Source: Octopus vulgaris (Eukaryota). From it: a stretch of 64,000 bases of DNA. The notes under the pieces were generated by a model. That model ran no database searches. It saw only the letters and a list, made by a program, of their open reading frames with translations, and was not told where the DNA came from. The translations under genes were made by a program, and so were the position numbers. The stretch spans positions 23,312,001 to 23,376,000 of the forward strand of contig OX597835.1 in NCBI GenBank assembly GCA_951406725.2, written 5' to 3'. The stretch's first letter is position 1. The number at the start of each line of letters is the position of its first letter. Positions 13,570 through 25,189 of the stretch are shown in pieces.

Positions 13570-13913
13570 CTTAAGGTCTGTTTTCCTTGCTGGTATGGGT
13601 TGGATGGCTTGTCAGGAGCTGCTAATGCCAGGAGCCACAGTTTTGGCTAGGTTTCTATGGCTGGATGCCCTTCCTAATGCCAACCACTTTATATATTCAA
13701 GAATTTGTAATGGACTATTAAGTCCAGTAATTGCAAGAACTGGGGTAAGAAGTTTAATACCTTGTTTTGTTTTTTGAAGAACAATGTTTTAGAGAAGCAG
13801 AAGATTGGCGGGCGTCTTCTGCTCCTTTTCGTTTATCATTTCATCTCATTAATGTAATGTCCAGCCTGCAGCTACATCTGTGTAATGCCCTTGTGCAAAT
13901 TATATGAATAAAA

Positions 13914-14051
13914 GTAGCTTGCTTACCAACCACATAGGTCCAGGTTCAGTCCCACTGCATGGCACCTTGGGCAAGTGTCCTCTACTAGAGCCTCGGGCCA
14001 ACCAAAGCCTTGTGAGTGGATTTGGTAGACGGAAACTGAAAGAAGCTCGTC

Positions 14052-14091
<40 letters not shown>

Positions 14092-14345
14092 TCATCATCA
14101 TCATCATCGTTTAACGTCCGTTTTCCGTGCTAGCACGGGTTATATATATACATGTGTGTGTGTGTGTTTGTGTGTGTGTCGCTTGACAACTGATGTTGGT
14201 ATGTTTACATCACTATAACTTAGCAGTTCGGCAAAAGAGACCGATAGAATAAGTACTAGGTTTGGCTTGCAATGAATAAGTCCTGGGGTCGTTTTGTTCA
14301 ACTAAAAGGCAGTGCTCCAGCATGGCTGCAGTCAAATGACTGAAA
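13914..14345 (+). mobile_element. tRNA-derived SINE copy
   Basis: Same family as 654-1079. Confidence 0.75.
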
Positions 14346-15826
14346 GAAATTATTAACTATTAGTGATACAACTGAAAACTTCCCATATCAGTGGTGCCTG
14401 CAAAAGCTGCAGAGGATGTAGGGCCTCGAGCAAACAAAACAACACAGAGTGGACTTACGAAAGTTAAAAAATGTAATTTAAGACGATGGACAAATATAAA
14501 ATAAGAAAAGAGTAAAATATGGCCTTAGAGCCAAAAAGACAAGAATGGTAGGTAACGCTTAGAAGGAATCCTAAAGGATATAGGAAATAGCAAATAGCAA
14601 GAGAGAGAAATTTTTGCAACCAGATAGCTATGCAGCTGGTGTGAAAAAGGGAGAGAATGGAAGGAAAGCTGGCCACAGGTCATGTGGCAGCAGCAAGTAG
14701 AGGAGAAAGAGGACAAGAAAGAGGGAGAGAGAGAGAGAGAGAGAAAATAAAGGAAGGAATGAAGGTGGGGGAGGGAAAGGAGAAAGGCTACAAATACAAG
14801 TGAGAGGGCAACAGAGAGAAAAAAGGGTAAAGTGGACAGACTAGAAATAAGAGGGAAAGGGAGACAGAATGAAGGCAAAAGTAAATTCACACAGAATATA
14901 TGTATAGACTTACTGTTAATAAAAGTGGGATGTGCATTGTATACCGTTACTGAATAAATGACAAAATGCATCGTAAATAAACAACAGATAAAAAACGTAT
15001 ACTTATACTAAGGATATAACCAGATGGGAAACAGACACAGAAGGCCCCTAATTTTTCAACAGGTGTCAACCAAATGGTAATTCTCAGTTTTGCACCATTC
15101 GATGCCAGTGCCACCTTGACTGGCTTCTGTGCTGGTGGCACGTTAAAAGCACCAACCGATCGTGGCCACTGCCAGACTCCCCTGGCACCTGTGCCGGTGG
15201 CACGTAAAAAGCACCCACTACACTCGCAGAGTGGTTGGCGTCAGGAAGGGCATCCAGCTGTAGAAACACTGCCAGATCAGACTGGAGCCTGGTGCAGCCT
15301 CCTGGCTTCCCAGACTCCGGTCGAACCGTCCAACCTGTGCTAGCGCAGAAAACGGACGTTAAACGATGATGATGATGATGATATAATAGGTGTAGGTGTG
15401 AGTCTGTGGCTAAGAGGTTTCCTTCTGAACCGCATGGTTTGGGGTTCAGCACCGCGGCATGGCACTTTCGGCAAATGTCTTCTATTATAGCCTCAGGGCT
15501 TACCAAAGTGTTGTGAGAGAATTTGGTACACAGAAACAGTGAAATCCAGTCATGTGTATGGAGGAGGGCATGTGGATGGGGGGGGGGTCTCCAAACTTGG
15601 AAATAGGTGAGATGATGAGAGGAAAGGCATCTGGTTGTAGAAAATCTGCCTCAATAAACTTCAGCCAACTCATGCAAGCATGGAAAATTGCATGTTAAAA
15701 CGATGTTGATGATGTGTGTGAATGAACATATATATTATGCATACCACATGCATCATATACTTTATTAAAATACTTTATTTAGTTTAGAATTGTAAAAACA
15801 CGAAATACAAAATAAATATTTCTCAC

Positions 15827-15871
15827 TTTCAGAACTTAAAGATTGTTGTGACTCCGGTTGTATCTTGGTGC
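15827..15871 (-). CDS. Caspase linker micro-exon, 45 nt (xTKIQPESQQSLSSE)
   Basis: tctaatatgcag / gtgaga flanks, phase 1-1, open frame. Confidence 0.7.
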
Positions 15872-16827
15872 CTGCATATTAGAAGTATTCTATATTAGAC
15901 AACATCATAGAGATTACAATACCAAAAAATACAGAGATAAAAAAATATAAATGCAAATTAGAAAAAGAAAAAGAAAAGGAAAATAAAGAAAGTTTCTAGC
16001 AATGCAGAAAGTTCTACAAAAACCTTGATATTTCAGTTGCAAAGACCCATACTAAGAAGGAAGATGAAATGACAAAAATTGATGTAAGTACACGTTTCTT
16101 GGACTACTTCCTTCTGAAGGTAGGCCTTTGTGTATGAAATATAAAGGTTTTTCTAAAACTTGCTGCATCATTTGAAACTGTCTTTATTTTCCTTTTCTTT
16201 TTCTACTTCTGTACTACAATGCTTCAAGTGAACTACAACACTCTCATAAATGACAATGATTACTTGTTTTCAAGTGAGTACTTTATTGCAATGGACTCTG
16301 CATACTGAACTGTGCAACAGTATGAGATCCGTTGTTTATACGGTACATAAATAAGCATAACTGCTATGCATATGACATCAGTTTAAAGGCACAAAGAGAA
16401 ATGCTCATAGATAGATGTATGTATGTTCTCTTTTATTGTTTCAAGCCTTCCTGCAAGGCAGTAACTGGTTTCTAACAAAGATATGTGTGTGTGACCTTGT
16501 CATGATATTGCATGATTGTTGTTAAATGAATACCATTCATTCCCAATATTCTGCAAAAACATGTCTAACCACGTGGGAAAATTACCTTCCTTGGATTCAG
16601 GTAAGGGTTGATGACTAGAAGGACATCTGGTTGTAGAAAATCTGCCTCAGTAAACTTCATCCAATGAAAAATTGCATGTTAAAATGATGTTGATGACACT
16701 GATGATGTGTATGAATGAACTTAAAGATTCATATATTATACATTCTACATGCCTTATATATTTTATTAAAATATTTCATTTAGATTAGAAAAGTAAAAAC
16801 ATGAAATACAAAATAAATATTTCTCAC

Positions 16828-16872
16828 TTGAAGGTGTTGCAGATATTTGGGTCTCCAGTATTCCCATTCTGT
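16828..16872 (-). CDS. Caspase linker micro-exon, 45 nt (xRMGILETQISATPS), copy 3
   Basis: tctaatatacag / gtgaga flanks, phase 1-1. Identical to 19968-20012 and 20966-21010. Confidence 0.7.
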
Positions 16873-18140
16873 CTGTATATTAGAGGTATTCGTATTAGAC
16901 AGCATCATAGAGATTACAATACCAAAAAATACAGAGATAAAAAAATATAAATGCAAATTAGAAAAAGAAAAAGAAAAGGAAAATAAAGAAAGTTTCTAGC
17001 AATGCAGAAAGTTCTACAAAAACCTTGATATTTCAGTTGCAAAGACCCATACTAAGAAGGAAGATGAAATGACAAAAATTGATGTAAGTACACGTTTCTT
17101 GGACTACTTCCTTCTGAAGGTAGGCCTTTGTGTATGAAATATAAAGGTTTTTCTAAAACTTGCTGCATCATTTGAAACTGTCTTTATTTTCCTTTTCTTT
17201 TTCTACTTCTGTACTACAATGCTTCAAGTGAATTACAACACTCTCATAAATGAGAATGATTACGTGTTTTCAAGTGAGTACTTTATTCCAATAGACTAAG
17301 CATACTGAACTGCGCAACAGTATGAGATCCGTTGCTTATACGGTACATAAATAAGCATAACTGCTATGCATACGACATCAATTTAAAGGCACAAAGAGAA
17401 ACGCTCATAGATAGATGTATGTATGTTCTCTTTTATTGTTTCAAGCCTTCTTGCAAGGCAGTAACTGGTTTCTAACAAAGATATGTGTGTGTGTGTGTTT
17501 GTGTGTGTGTATCACCTCATTATGATATTGCATGATTGTTGCAAATGAATACAATTCATTCTCAATATTCTGCAAAAACATGTCTAATCACGGGGGAAAA
17601 TTACCTTGCTTGGAAACAGATATGGGTCGGTCACTAGAAGGGCATCTGGTTGTTGAAAATCTGATTCAATAAACTTCACCCAACCCATGCAAGCATGGAA
17701 AATAAAAGACACCTTTCAGTCGTGAATAATCATGAGATTGCACCTAGAAAGTTCCCCTCCAAGGCACGTGTCAGCGCAAGGTTGTTTATGGAAGACCAGC
17801 AGTCACCCATGCATAACAGACTCCCCTCTCCACAGCACTGGCCAATGTTATCCAAGGGAAAGGAAATGGCTGATACACCTTGGCACCAGTGACATTGCAA
17901 CTCATTTCTACAGCAGAGTAAACTGGAGCAACATGAAATAAAGTGTGTTGCTCAAGAGCAAAACACACAGCCCAGTCCAGGAATTGAACTTGCTACCTAT
18001 TGATTGTAAGTCCAATGCTCTAACCACTGAGCCAGGAATATTTATATATCATGCATACAACATGCATTATCTAATTTATTTTAAAATTTTATCAAGTTAG
18101 AAAAGAAAAAGCACAAAATTCAAAATAAATAGATTCTGAC

Positions 18141-18194
18141 CAATGCATGTGAGAATACTCAGAGATTCTTGGGAAGGCAGTATTGTTGCTTCAC
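18141..18194 (-). CDS. Caspase linker micro-exon, 54 nt (xEATILPSQESLSILTCI)
   Basis: tctaatatgcag / gtcaga flanks, phase 1-1, open frame. Confidence 0.62.
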
Positions 18195-18521
18195 CTGCAT
18201 ATTAGAGGTGTGTGTGTGCGTGTGTGTGTGTGTGTGTGGCCTTGTCATATTACATGATTGCTGTAAATGAATATCATTCATTTCCAATATTCTGCAAAGG
18301 CAAGTCTAACCATGGGGGAAAATTACCTTGCTTGGATGCAGGTAGGGGCTGATGACTAGAAGGGCATCTGGTTCGAGAAAATCAGCCTAAGTAAACTGGT
18401 GTGTGCGGGCGAACATAAAGATTCCTATATTATGCATACCACATGCATTATATACTTTATTAAAATATTTTATTTAGCTTAAAATTGTAAAAACACGAAA
18501 TACAAAATAAATATTCCTCAC

Positions 18522-18560
18522 TTTCAATTAGTGGTTGCGCCTTCACTGATACCTCTGGGC
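18522..18560 (-). CDS. Caspase linker micro-exon, 39 nt (xPEVSVKAQPLIE)
   Basis: tctaatatgcag / gtgagg flanks, phase 1-1, open frame. Confidence 0.68.
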
Positions 18561-18774
18561 CTGCATATTAGAAGTATTCTATATTAGACAACATCATAGA
18601 GATTACAATACCAAAAAATACAGAGATGAAAAAATATAAATGCAAATTAGAAAAAGAAAAAGAAAAGGAAAATAAAGAAAGCTTCTAACAATGCAGAAAG
18701 TTCTACAAAAACCTTTATATTTCAGTTGCAAAGACCCATACTAAGAAGGAAGATAAAATGACAAAAATTGATGT

Positions 18775-19214
18775 TGTAACAGGATCTGGAATCGGTATCA
18801 CTGAAGGGGTGTCGATCCGATCCCGTCACATACAATTTAGTTAGATATAACAGACGAATTCAGGTTATCGGTGAAAGACAGCAGTGTCGTTTATTATTCG
18901 TGATGGTGTACGTATATTATTCGTGATGGTGTACGTATCTCTGATGGGAAAACGACAGCCAAATCTGTTGTACAGCTTCTTGTTGGTTGGTTGAAGTGGT
19001 TCGATGTCGTCCGCGGCTGAGTCGGTGTGGTTATCAGAGACTACCAATGCACGTCTGTTTACGATGGCTGAAATGCCCAGAGAAGATGAATGAGTCTGTG
19101 TGCCTTAGGGGGTCAGTTTCCCGCACATGCGCATGGGGAAGACTTCCGGTGGCCACCCGGAAGTAGTCCCATTCTGCGCATGCGCGCTGAACCTTACACA
19201 GTAGCATCACTACA
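18775..19214 (-). mobile_element. Solo LTR (Gypsy-like), 440 bp
   Basis: TG...CA termini and a 4-bp TSD ATGT (18771-18774 / 19215-19218). Absent from the sister repeat units. AATAAA on the minus strand near 18890. Confidence 0.85.
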
Positions 19215-19967
19215 ATGTAAATACACATTTCTTGGACTACTTCCCTCTGAAGGCAGGCCTTTGAGCCTGAAATATAAAGGTTTTTCTAAAACTTGCTGCA
19301 TCGTTTGAAACTGTCTTTATTTTCCTTTTCTTTTTCTACTTCTGTACTACAATGCTTCAAGTGAACTACAACACTCTCATAAATGAGAATGATTACTTGT
19401 TTTCAAGTGAGTACTTTATCCCAATAGACTAAGCATACTGAACTGCGCAACAGTATGAGATCTGTTGTTTATACGGTACATAATTAAGCATAACTGCTAT
19501 GCATATGACATCAGTTTAAAGGCACAAAGAGAAACGCTCATACATAGATGTATGTATGTTCTCTTTTATTTTCAGTTGTTTCAAGCCTTCCTGCAAGGCA
19601 GTAACTGGTTTCTGACAAAGATATGTGTGTGTGACCTTGTCATGATATTGCATGATTGTTGTTAAATGAATACCATTCATTCCCAATATTCTGCAAAAAC
19701 ATGTCTAACCAAGTGGGAAAATTACCTTCCTTGGATTCAGGTAAGGGTTGATGGCTAGAAGGGCATCTGGTTGTAGAAAATCTGCCTCAGTAAACTTCAT
19801 CCAATGAAAAATTGCATGTTAAAATGATGTTGATGACACTGATGATGTGTATGAATGAACTTAAAGATTCATATATTATACATTCTACATGCCTTATATA
19901 TTTTATTAAAATATTTCATTTAGATTAGAAAAGTAAAAACATGAAATACAAAATAAATATTTCTCAC

Positions 19968-20012
19968 TTGAAGGTGTTGCAGATATTTGGGTCTCCAGTA
20001 TTCCCATTCTGT
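19968..20012 (-). CDS. Caspase linker micro-exon, 45 nt (xRMGILETQISATPS), copy 2
   Basis: Same sequence and flanks as 16828-16872. Confidence 0.68.
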
Positions 20013-20965
20013 CTGTATATTAGAGATATTCGTATTAGACAGCATCATAGAGATTACAATACCAAAAAATACAGAGATAAAAAATATAAATGCAAATTAG
20101 AAAAAGAAAAAGAAAAGGAAAATAAAGAAAGTTTCTAGCAATGCAGAAAGTTCTACAAAAACCTTGATATTTCAGTTGCAAAGACCCATACTAAGAAGGA
20201 AGATAAAATGACGAAATTGATGTAAATACACATTTCTTGGACTACTTCCTTCTGAAGGTAGGCCTTTGAGCCTGAAATATAAAGGTTTTTCTAAAACTTG
20301 CTGCATCATTTGAAACTGTCTTTATTTTCCTTTTCTTTTTCTACTTCTGTACTACAATGCTTCAAGTGAACTACAACACTCTCATAAATGACAATGATTA
20401 CTTGTTTTCAAGTGAGTACTTTATTGCAATGGACTCTGCATACTGAACTGTGCAACAGTATGAGATCCGTTGTTTATACGGTACATAAATAAGCATAACT
20501 GCTATGCATATGACATCAGTTTAAAGGCACAAAGAGAAATGCTCATAGATAGATGTATGTATGTTCTCTTTTATTGTTTCAAGCCTTCCTGCAAGGCAGT
20601 AACTGGTTTCTAACAAAGATATGTGTGTGTGACCTTGTCATGATATTGCATGATTGTTGTTAAATGAATACCATTCATTCCCAATATTCTGCAAAAACAT
20701 GTCTAACCACGTGGGAAAATTACCTTCCTTGGATTCAGGTAAGGGTTGATGACTAGAAGGACATCTGGTTGTAGAAAATCTGCCTCAGTAAACTTCATCC
20801 AATGAAAAATTGCATGTTAAAATGATGTTGATGACACTGATGATGTGTATGAATGAACTTAAAGATTCATATATTATACATTCTACATGCCTTATATATT
20901 TTATTAAAATATTTCATTTAGATTAGAAAAGTAAAAACATGAAATACAAAATAAATATTTCTCAC

Positions 20966-21010
20966 TTGAAGGTGTTGCAGATATTTGGGTCTCCAGTATT
21001 CCCATTCTGT
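20966..21010 (-). CDS. Caspase linker micro-exon, 45 nt (xRMGILETQISATPS), copy 1
   Basis: Same sequence and flanks as 16828-16872. Confidence 0.68.
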
Positions 21011-21344
21011 CTGTATATTAGAGGTATTCGTATTAGACAGCATCATAGAGATTACAATACCAAAAAATACAGAGATAAAAAATATAAATGCAAATTAGAA
21101 AAAGAAAAAGAAAAGGAAAATAAAAAAAGTTTCTAGCAATGCAGAAAGTTCTACAAAAACCTTGATATTTCAGTTGCAAAGACCCATACTAAGAAGGAAG
21201 ATAAAATGACGAAATTGATGTAAATACACATTTCTTGGACTACTTCCCTCTGAAGGCAGGCCTTTGAGCCTGAAATATAGAGGTTTTTCTAAAACTTGCT
21301 GCATTATTATGAACTTGAAATACAAAATAAATAAATTCTCACAT

Positions 21345-21756
21345 AGGCACAGGAGTGGCTGTGTGGTAAGTAGCTTGTCTACAAACCACATGGTTCCGGG
21401 TTCAGTCCCACTGCGTGACATCTTGGGTAAGTGTCTTCTGCTATAGCCCCGGGCCAACCAAGCCTTGTGAGTGGATTTGGTAGACGGAAACTGAAAGAAG
21501 GCTGTCGTGTATATGTATATATATGTATGTGTGTGTGTTTGTGTGTCTGTGTTTGTCCCCCTAGCATTGCTTGACAACCGATGCTGATGTGTTTACGTCC
21601 CCGTCACTTAGCGGTTCGGCAAAAGAGACTGATAGAATAAGTACTAGGCTTACAAAGAATAAGACCCGGGGTCGATTTGCTCGACTAAAGGCGGTGCTCC
21701 AGCATGGCCGCAGTCAAATGACTGAAACAAGTAAAAGAGTAAAGAGTAAAAAGAGT
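21345..21756 (+). mobile_element. Full-length SINE inserted at a micro-exon splice donor
   Basis: Complete head to tail, with AT duplicated at 21343-44 and 21757-58. Confidence 0.85.
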
Positions 21757-21792
21757 ATGTAATACTCGAAAAGTGCAGTATTGGTGCTTCCC
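21757..21792 (-). pseudogene. Micro-exon (36 nt, xEAPILHFSSIT) separated from its gtgaga donor by a SINE
   Basis: ttaatatgcag acceptor. Homologous to the 18141-18194 exon. The original donor now sits at 21341-21342. Confidence 0.6.
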
Positions 21793-22163
21793 CTGCATAT
21801 TAAAGGTATGTGTCTTCTTGTCATGAAATAACATGATTGTTGTAAGAGAATATAATTCATTTCCAATATTCTGCAAAAATATGTCTAGCCATGGGGAAAA
21901 ATTACCTTACTTGGGAACAGATAAGGATTGATGACAGGAAGAGCATCTGCCTCAATAAACTTCAGCCTCAATAAAATTTGCTTCAATAAACTTCAGCCAA
22001 CCCATGCAAGCATGGAAAATTGCATGTTAAAGCGATGTTGATGATGTGTGTGAATGAACATAAAGATTCATATATTATGCATACCACAGGCATTATATAT
22101 TTTATCAAAATATTTTATTTAGCTTAGAAAAGTAAAAACATGAAATACAAAATAGATTCTCAC

Positions 22164-22208
22164 ATTCACGGCATGAAGATTCTTTGGAAGGCGAGCATCT
22201 TCTTGGGC
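22164..22208 (-). CDS. Caspase linker micro-exon, 45 nt (xPRRCSPSKESSCRE)
   Basis: tctaatatgcag / gtgaga flanks, phase 1-1, open frame. Confidence 0.7.
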
Positions 22209-22331
22209 CTGCATATTAGAGAAATTCTATATTAGACAACATCATAGCGATCACAATACCAAAAAATACAGAGATAAAAAAATATAAATGCAAATTAGAA
22301 AAAGAAAAAGAAAAGGAAAATAAAGAAATAT

Positions 22332-22499
22332 AGGCGCAGGAGTGGCTGTGTGGCAAGTAGCTCGCTAACCAACCACATGGTTCCGGGTTCAGTCCCACTG
22401 TGTGGCACCTTGGGCAAGTATCTTCTACTATAGCCTCGGGCCGACCAAAGCCTTGTGAGTGGATTTGGTAGACGGAAACTGAAAGAAGCCCGTTGTGTG

Positions 22500-22545
<46 letters not shown>

Positions 22546-22767
22546 TGTGTGTGTTCGTGTGTCTGTGTTTGTCCCCCTAGCATTGCTTGACAACCGATGC
22601 TGGTGTGTTTATGTCCCCGTTACTTAACGGTTCGGCAAAAGAGACCGATAGAATAAGTACTGGGCTTACAAAAGAATAAGTCCTGGGGTCGAGTTGCTCG
22701 ATTAAAGGCGGTGCTCCAGCATGGCCGCAGTCAAATGACTGAAACAAGTAAAAGAGAGTAAAAGAGA
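22332..22767 (+). mobile_element. Full-length, young-looking tRNA-derived SINE
   Basis: Complete head, core and tail. Confidence 0.85.
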
Positions 22768-22984
22768 ATGTATCAGTGTGGGTGATAACCCTATGAACAC
22801 CTGCTGTAAGGGGTGTCCATCATTACCACACCTGTGCAAAAGAGTGTAGATCCCTCACAGGATTAAAAGGTTACATCTGTACTGCTTATGTATCAGAGAA
22901 CAATCAAGAGATGGCGTCGATTAATCAGTTGCAGCGATCAGGTATGTATATATTTGAGAGCAATTAAAGTAGTGAGTACAGCTT

Positions 22985-23210
22985 TAACCTTTTAGTATTT
23001 AAACCGGCCATATCCGGCCAAAATAGCTAATCTGTTTTATGTTCAAACTGACCAGATCCAAGCTCTCACACCTACCCTACAATGTTATTCTACATTAAGT
23101 AATTACACCATCAAGATCTTGAAGATATGAGATAATGCATGATTAATTCAAATCAATGGGAATCAATAAGCATTATGTTTGATAGAATAATCTGAACACT
23201 AAAGGGTTAA
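22985..23210. mobile_element. TTAA-flanked MITE (aaccctttag...ctaaagggtt family)
   Basis: Short TIRs with TTAA at both ends. Relatives at 28299-28526, 28979-29195 and 29217-29445. Confidence 0.65.
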
Positions 23211-23783
23211 GGGTAGTGAGTACTGTTTACACTTACAGTGTACAAGGGAACTCTTTCTGTGCTGATGCTATGGCAAAAGCTCCCCCAACCCACCCTTTAC
23301 AGTAATTGGTAAACATGCAGAGAAGTAGGATTGAAAGGTTCCTTAAGTCCTGTCCAACCAAGGACTTGACAACCTCTCTAACGCTTGTACCATGTAAAAA
23401 TGTTTTTTTAACCCTTTCAATACCAACCCAGCTGCAACTGCCTCTGGCTCTCTAGTACAAATGTCTTGTTTTCATAAGTTTTGAATTAAAATCTTGTACC
23501 AAACCTAAGTCACAGTTTATGTTTCTAACACTTGCTTATTGATAACTTAGTTATTCTACTAAATTCTTTGTTATATTTAAAATTAATTGAAAGAAATTAA
23601 GTTAAACTAATATTCACATGCTATTATCTATAGCTTTATTTGATCCAAGGTAAACCATTCCAAAACAAAAAAAGAAAAAATAAGAGTTATTTCATGCTCC
23701 CTCGAAATTTCTAAATTCTTCTTTCCAATAACTGAAACATATGGAAGATAGATAACATATCAAAGCATAAAACAATTCCTCAC

Positions 23784-23846
23784 CTTCTCTCCCACAACTT
23801 TCTGGAATGGGCCCTCTTCTCTGTTCAACTGGAGGGCGACAGTATT
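23784..23846 (-). CDS. Caspase linker exon, 63 nt (EYCRPPVEQRRGPIPESCGRE)
   Basis: ttccttttatatag acceptor and gtgagg donor, phase 1-1. Continues the frame of the DED2 exon. Confidence 0.78.
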
Positions 23847-24159
23847 CTATATAAAAGGAAAACAATTTTAAAGTAACATTTATTGATTGAAAAGATTTTG
23901 TGTAACAAAAACACCTGATTCTTGTATTTTATATTTTCATCTTTTATTTTAACATCACATAACATAGTTAGAATCTTGTTTTTATATTTTCTTTATTTAA
24001 TGTTCATTTTACATGCTGACATGGACTGGAGAGTTTGACAGGAACTGGCAAGGACAGGGGTTACACCAGGTCTCATTGTCTGTTCTGGCATGGTCGCTAC
24101 GTCTGGATGCCCTTCCTAATGCCAACCACTTTACAGAGTGTACCGGATGCTTCTTACAT

Positions 24160-24540
24160 GGCACCAGCACCAGTGCTTTTTATGTGACACCAGCACCAAT
24201 GCTTTTTACATGGTACCAGTACCAGTGCTTTTACTGTGACACCAGCACCAGTGCTTTTACTGTGACACCAGCACCAGTGCTTTTTATGTGACACCAGCAC
24301 CAATGCCTTTTACATGGTACAAGCACCAGTGCTTTTACTGTGACACCAGCACCAGTGCTTTTACTGTGACACCAGCACCAGTGCTTTTTATGTGACACCA
24401 GCACCAATGCCTTTTACATGGTACCAGCACCAGTGCTTTTACTGTGACACCAGCACCAGTGCTTTTAACATGGTACCAGCACAAGTGCTTTTTATGCGAC
24501 ACCAGCACTAGTACCCATGCTTTTTACATGCTACCAGCAC
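24160..24540. repeat. Minisatellite (accagcaccagtgctttta...) within an RTE 3' fragment
   Basis: About 26-28-bp unit repeated more than 12 times. Confidence 0.85.
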
Positions 24541-25189
24541 ACAATAAAACAGAAAATTGGGTATCCACAGTAGTATTTTAAGGGCCCCTGGAAAAATTTT
24601 GCTTTAGATGTGAGTATTGGTATGTATTGCAAGAAACAGCTAGGTTTCTTTCTCTAACATTTTACATAGTTCAACCTACACAATTTAATGTGAGAAAAAC
24701 AAAATAGGAATTTTGAAAGAAGTTTCTATAAAACTAACTTTTAAACATTGAATGACTTCAAGGGCCACCAGAATAAAATAGTAACCAAAGGGGTCCATAG
24801 ATAAAAAATGGTTGAGAATCCCTGGTTTAGTTAAAAAAAAATCAATGCAAGTACTTTTACTTAAGTCAGGTACTTATTTTATCAGTCATACTTACCAAAT
24901 TGCTAAGTCATAGGGACATAATCAAACCAACATTGGTTATATATATACACATATATACATGTGACTGCAAGTGGTTATGTATGCGTGATTAACCCAAAAA
25001 GGGTTGGAAATGGTGCGTCCTTGAGAAAAATTAATTTGATTTTCAAAATTTATGTCCCACAGATAATGTCATCCATAAATAATAATAAAAAATATAATTT
25101 GCTCTGAGAAATAACTCAACTTTTAGATCAGCAACTCTCCTACTCTCTATCTGCCACCATGAATCTATCTCAATCTATTATAAGTAGCA

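Larger units (their letters stand above)
15890..22330. repeat. Tandem/segmental duplication of a ~1-kb intron-exon unit
   Basis: Anchor attagaca.catcatagagattacaataccaaaaaatacagaga recurs at about 15894, 16894, 18583, 20034, 21032 and 22231. Units are near-identical but not identical. Confidence 0.92.

Noticed and set aside
19941-20138. Duplicated plus-strand ORFs MKYKINISHLKVLQ... (also 20939-21136)
   Set aside because: Antisense to the micro-exons and composed of AT-rich intron sequence. No coding evidence.
15890-21305. Tandem units as a pure assembly artefact
   Set aside because: Units differ by substitutions, carry different exons, and one holds an LTR with a TSD. The near-identical units (about 15.9-16.9 vs 20.0-21.0 kb) still merit long-read confirmation.
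22332-22400. tRNA-like sequences at SINE heads
   Set aside because: A/B boxes are present but there is no complete cloverleaf, and they continue into the SINE body.
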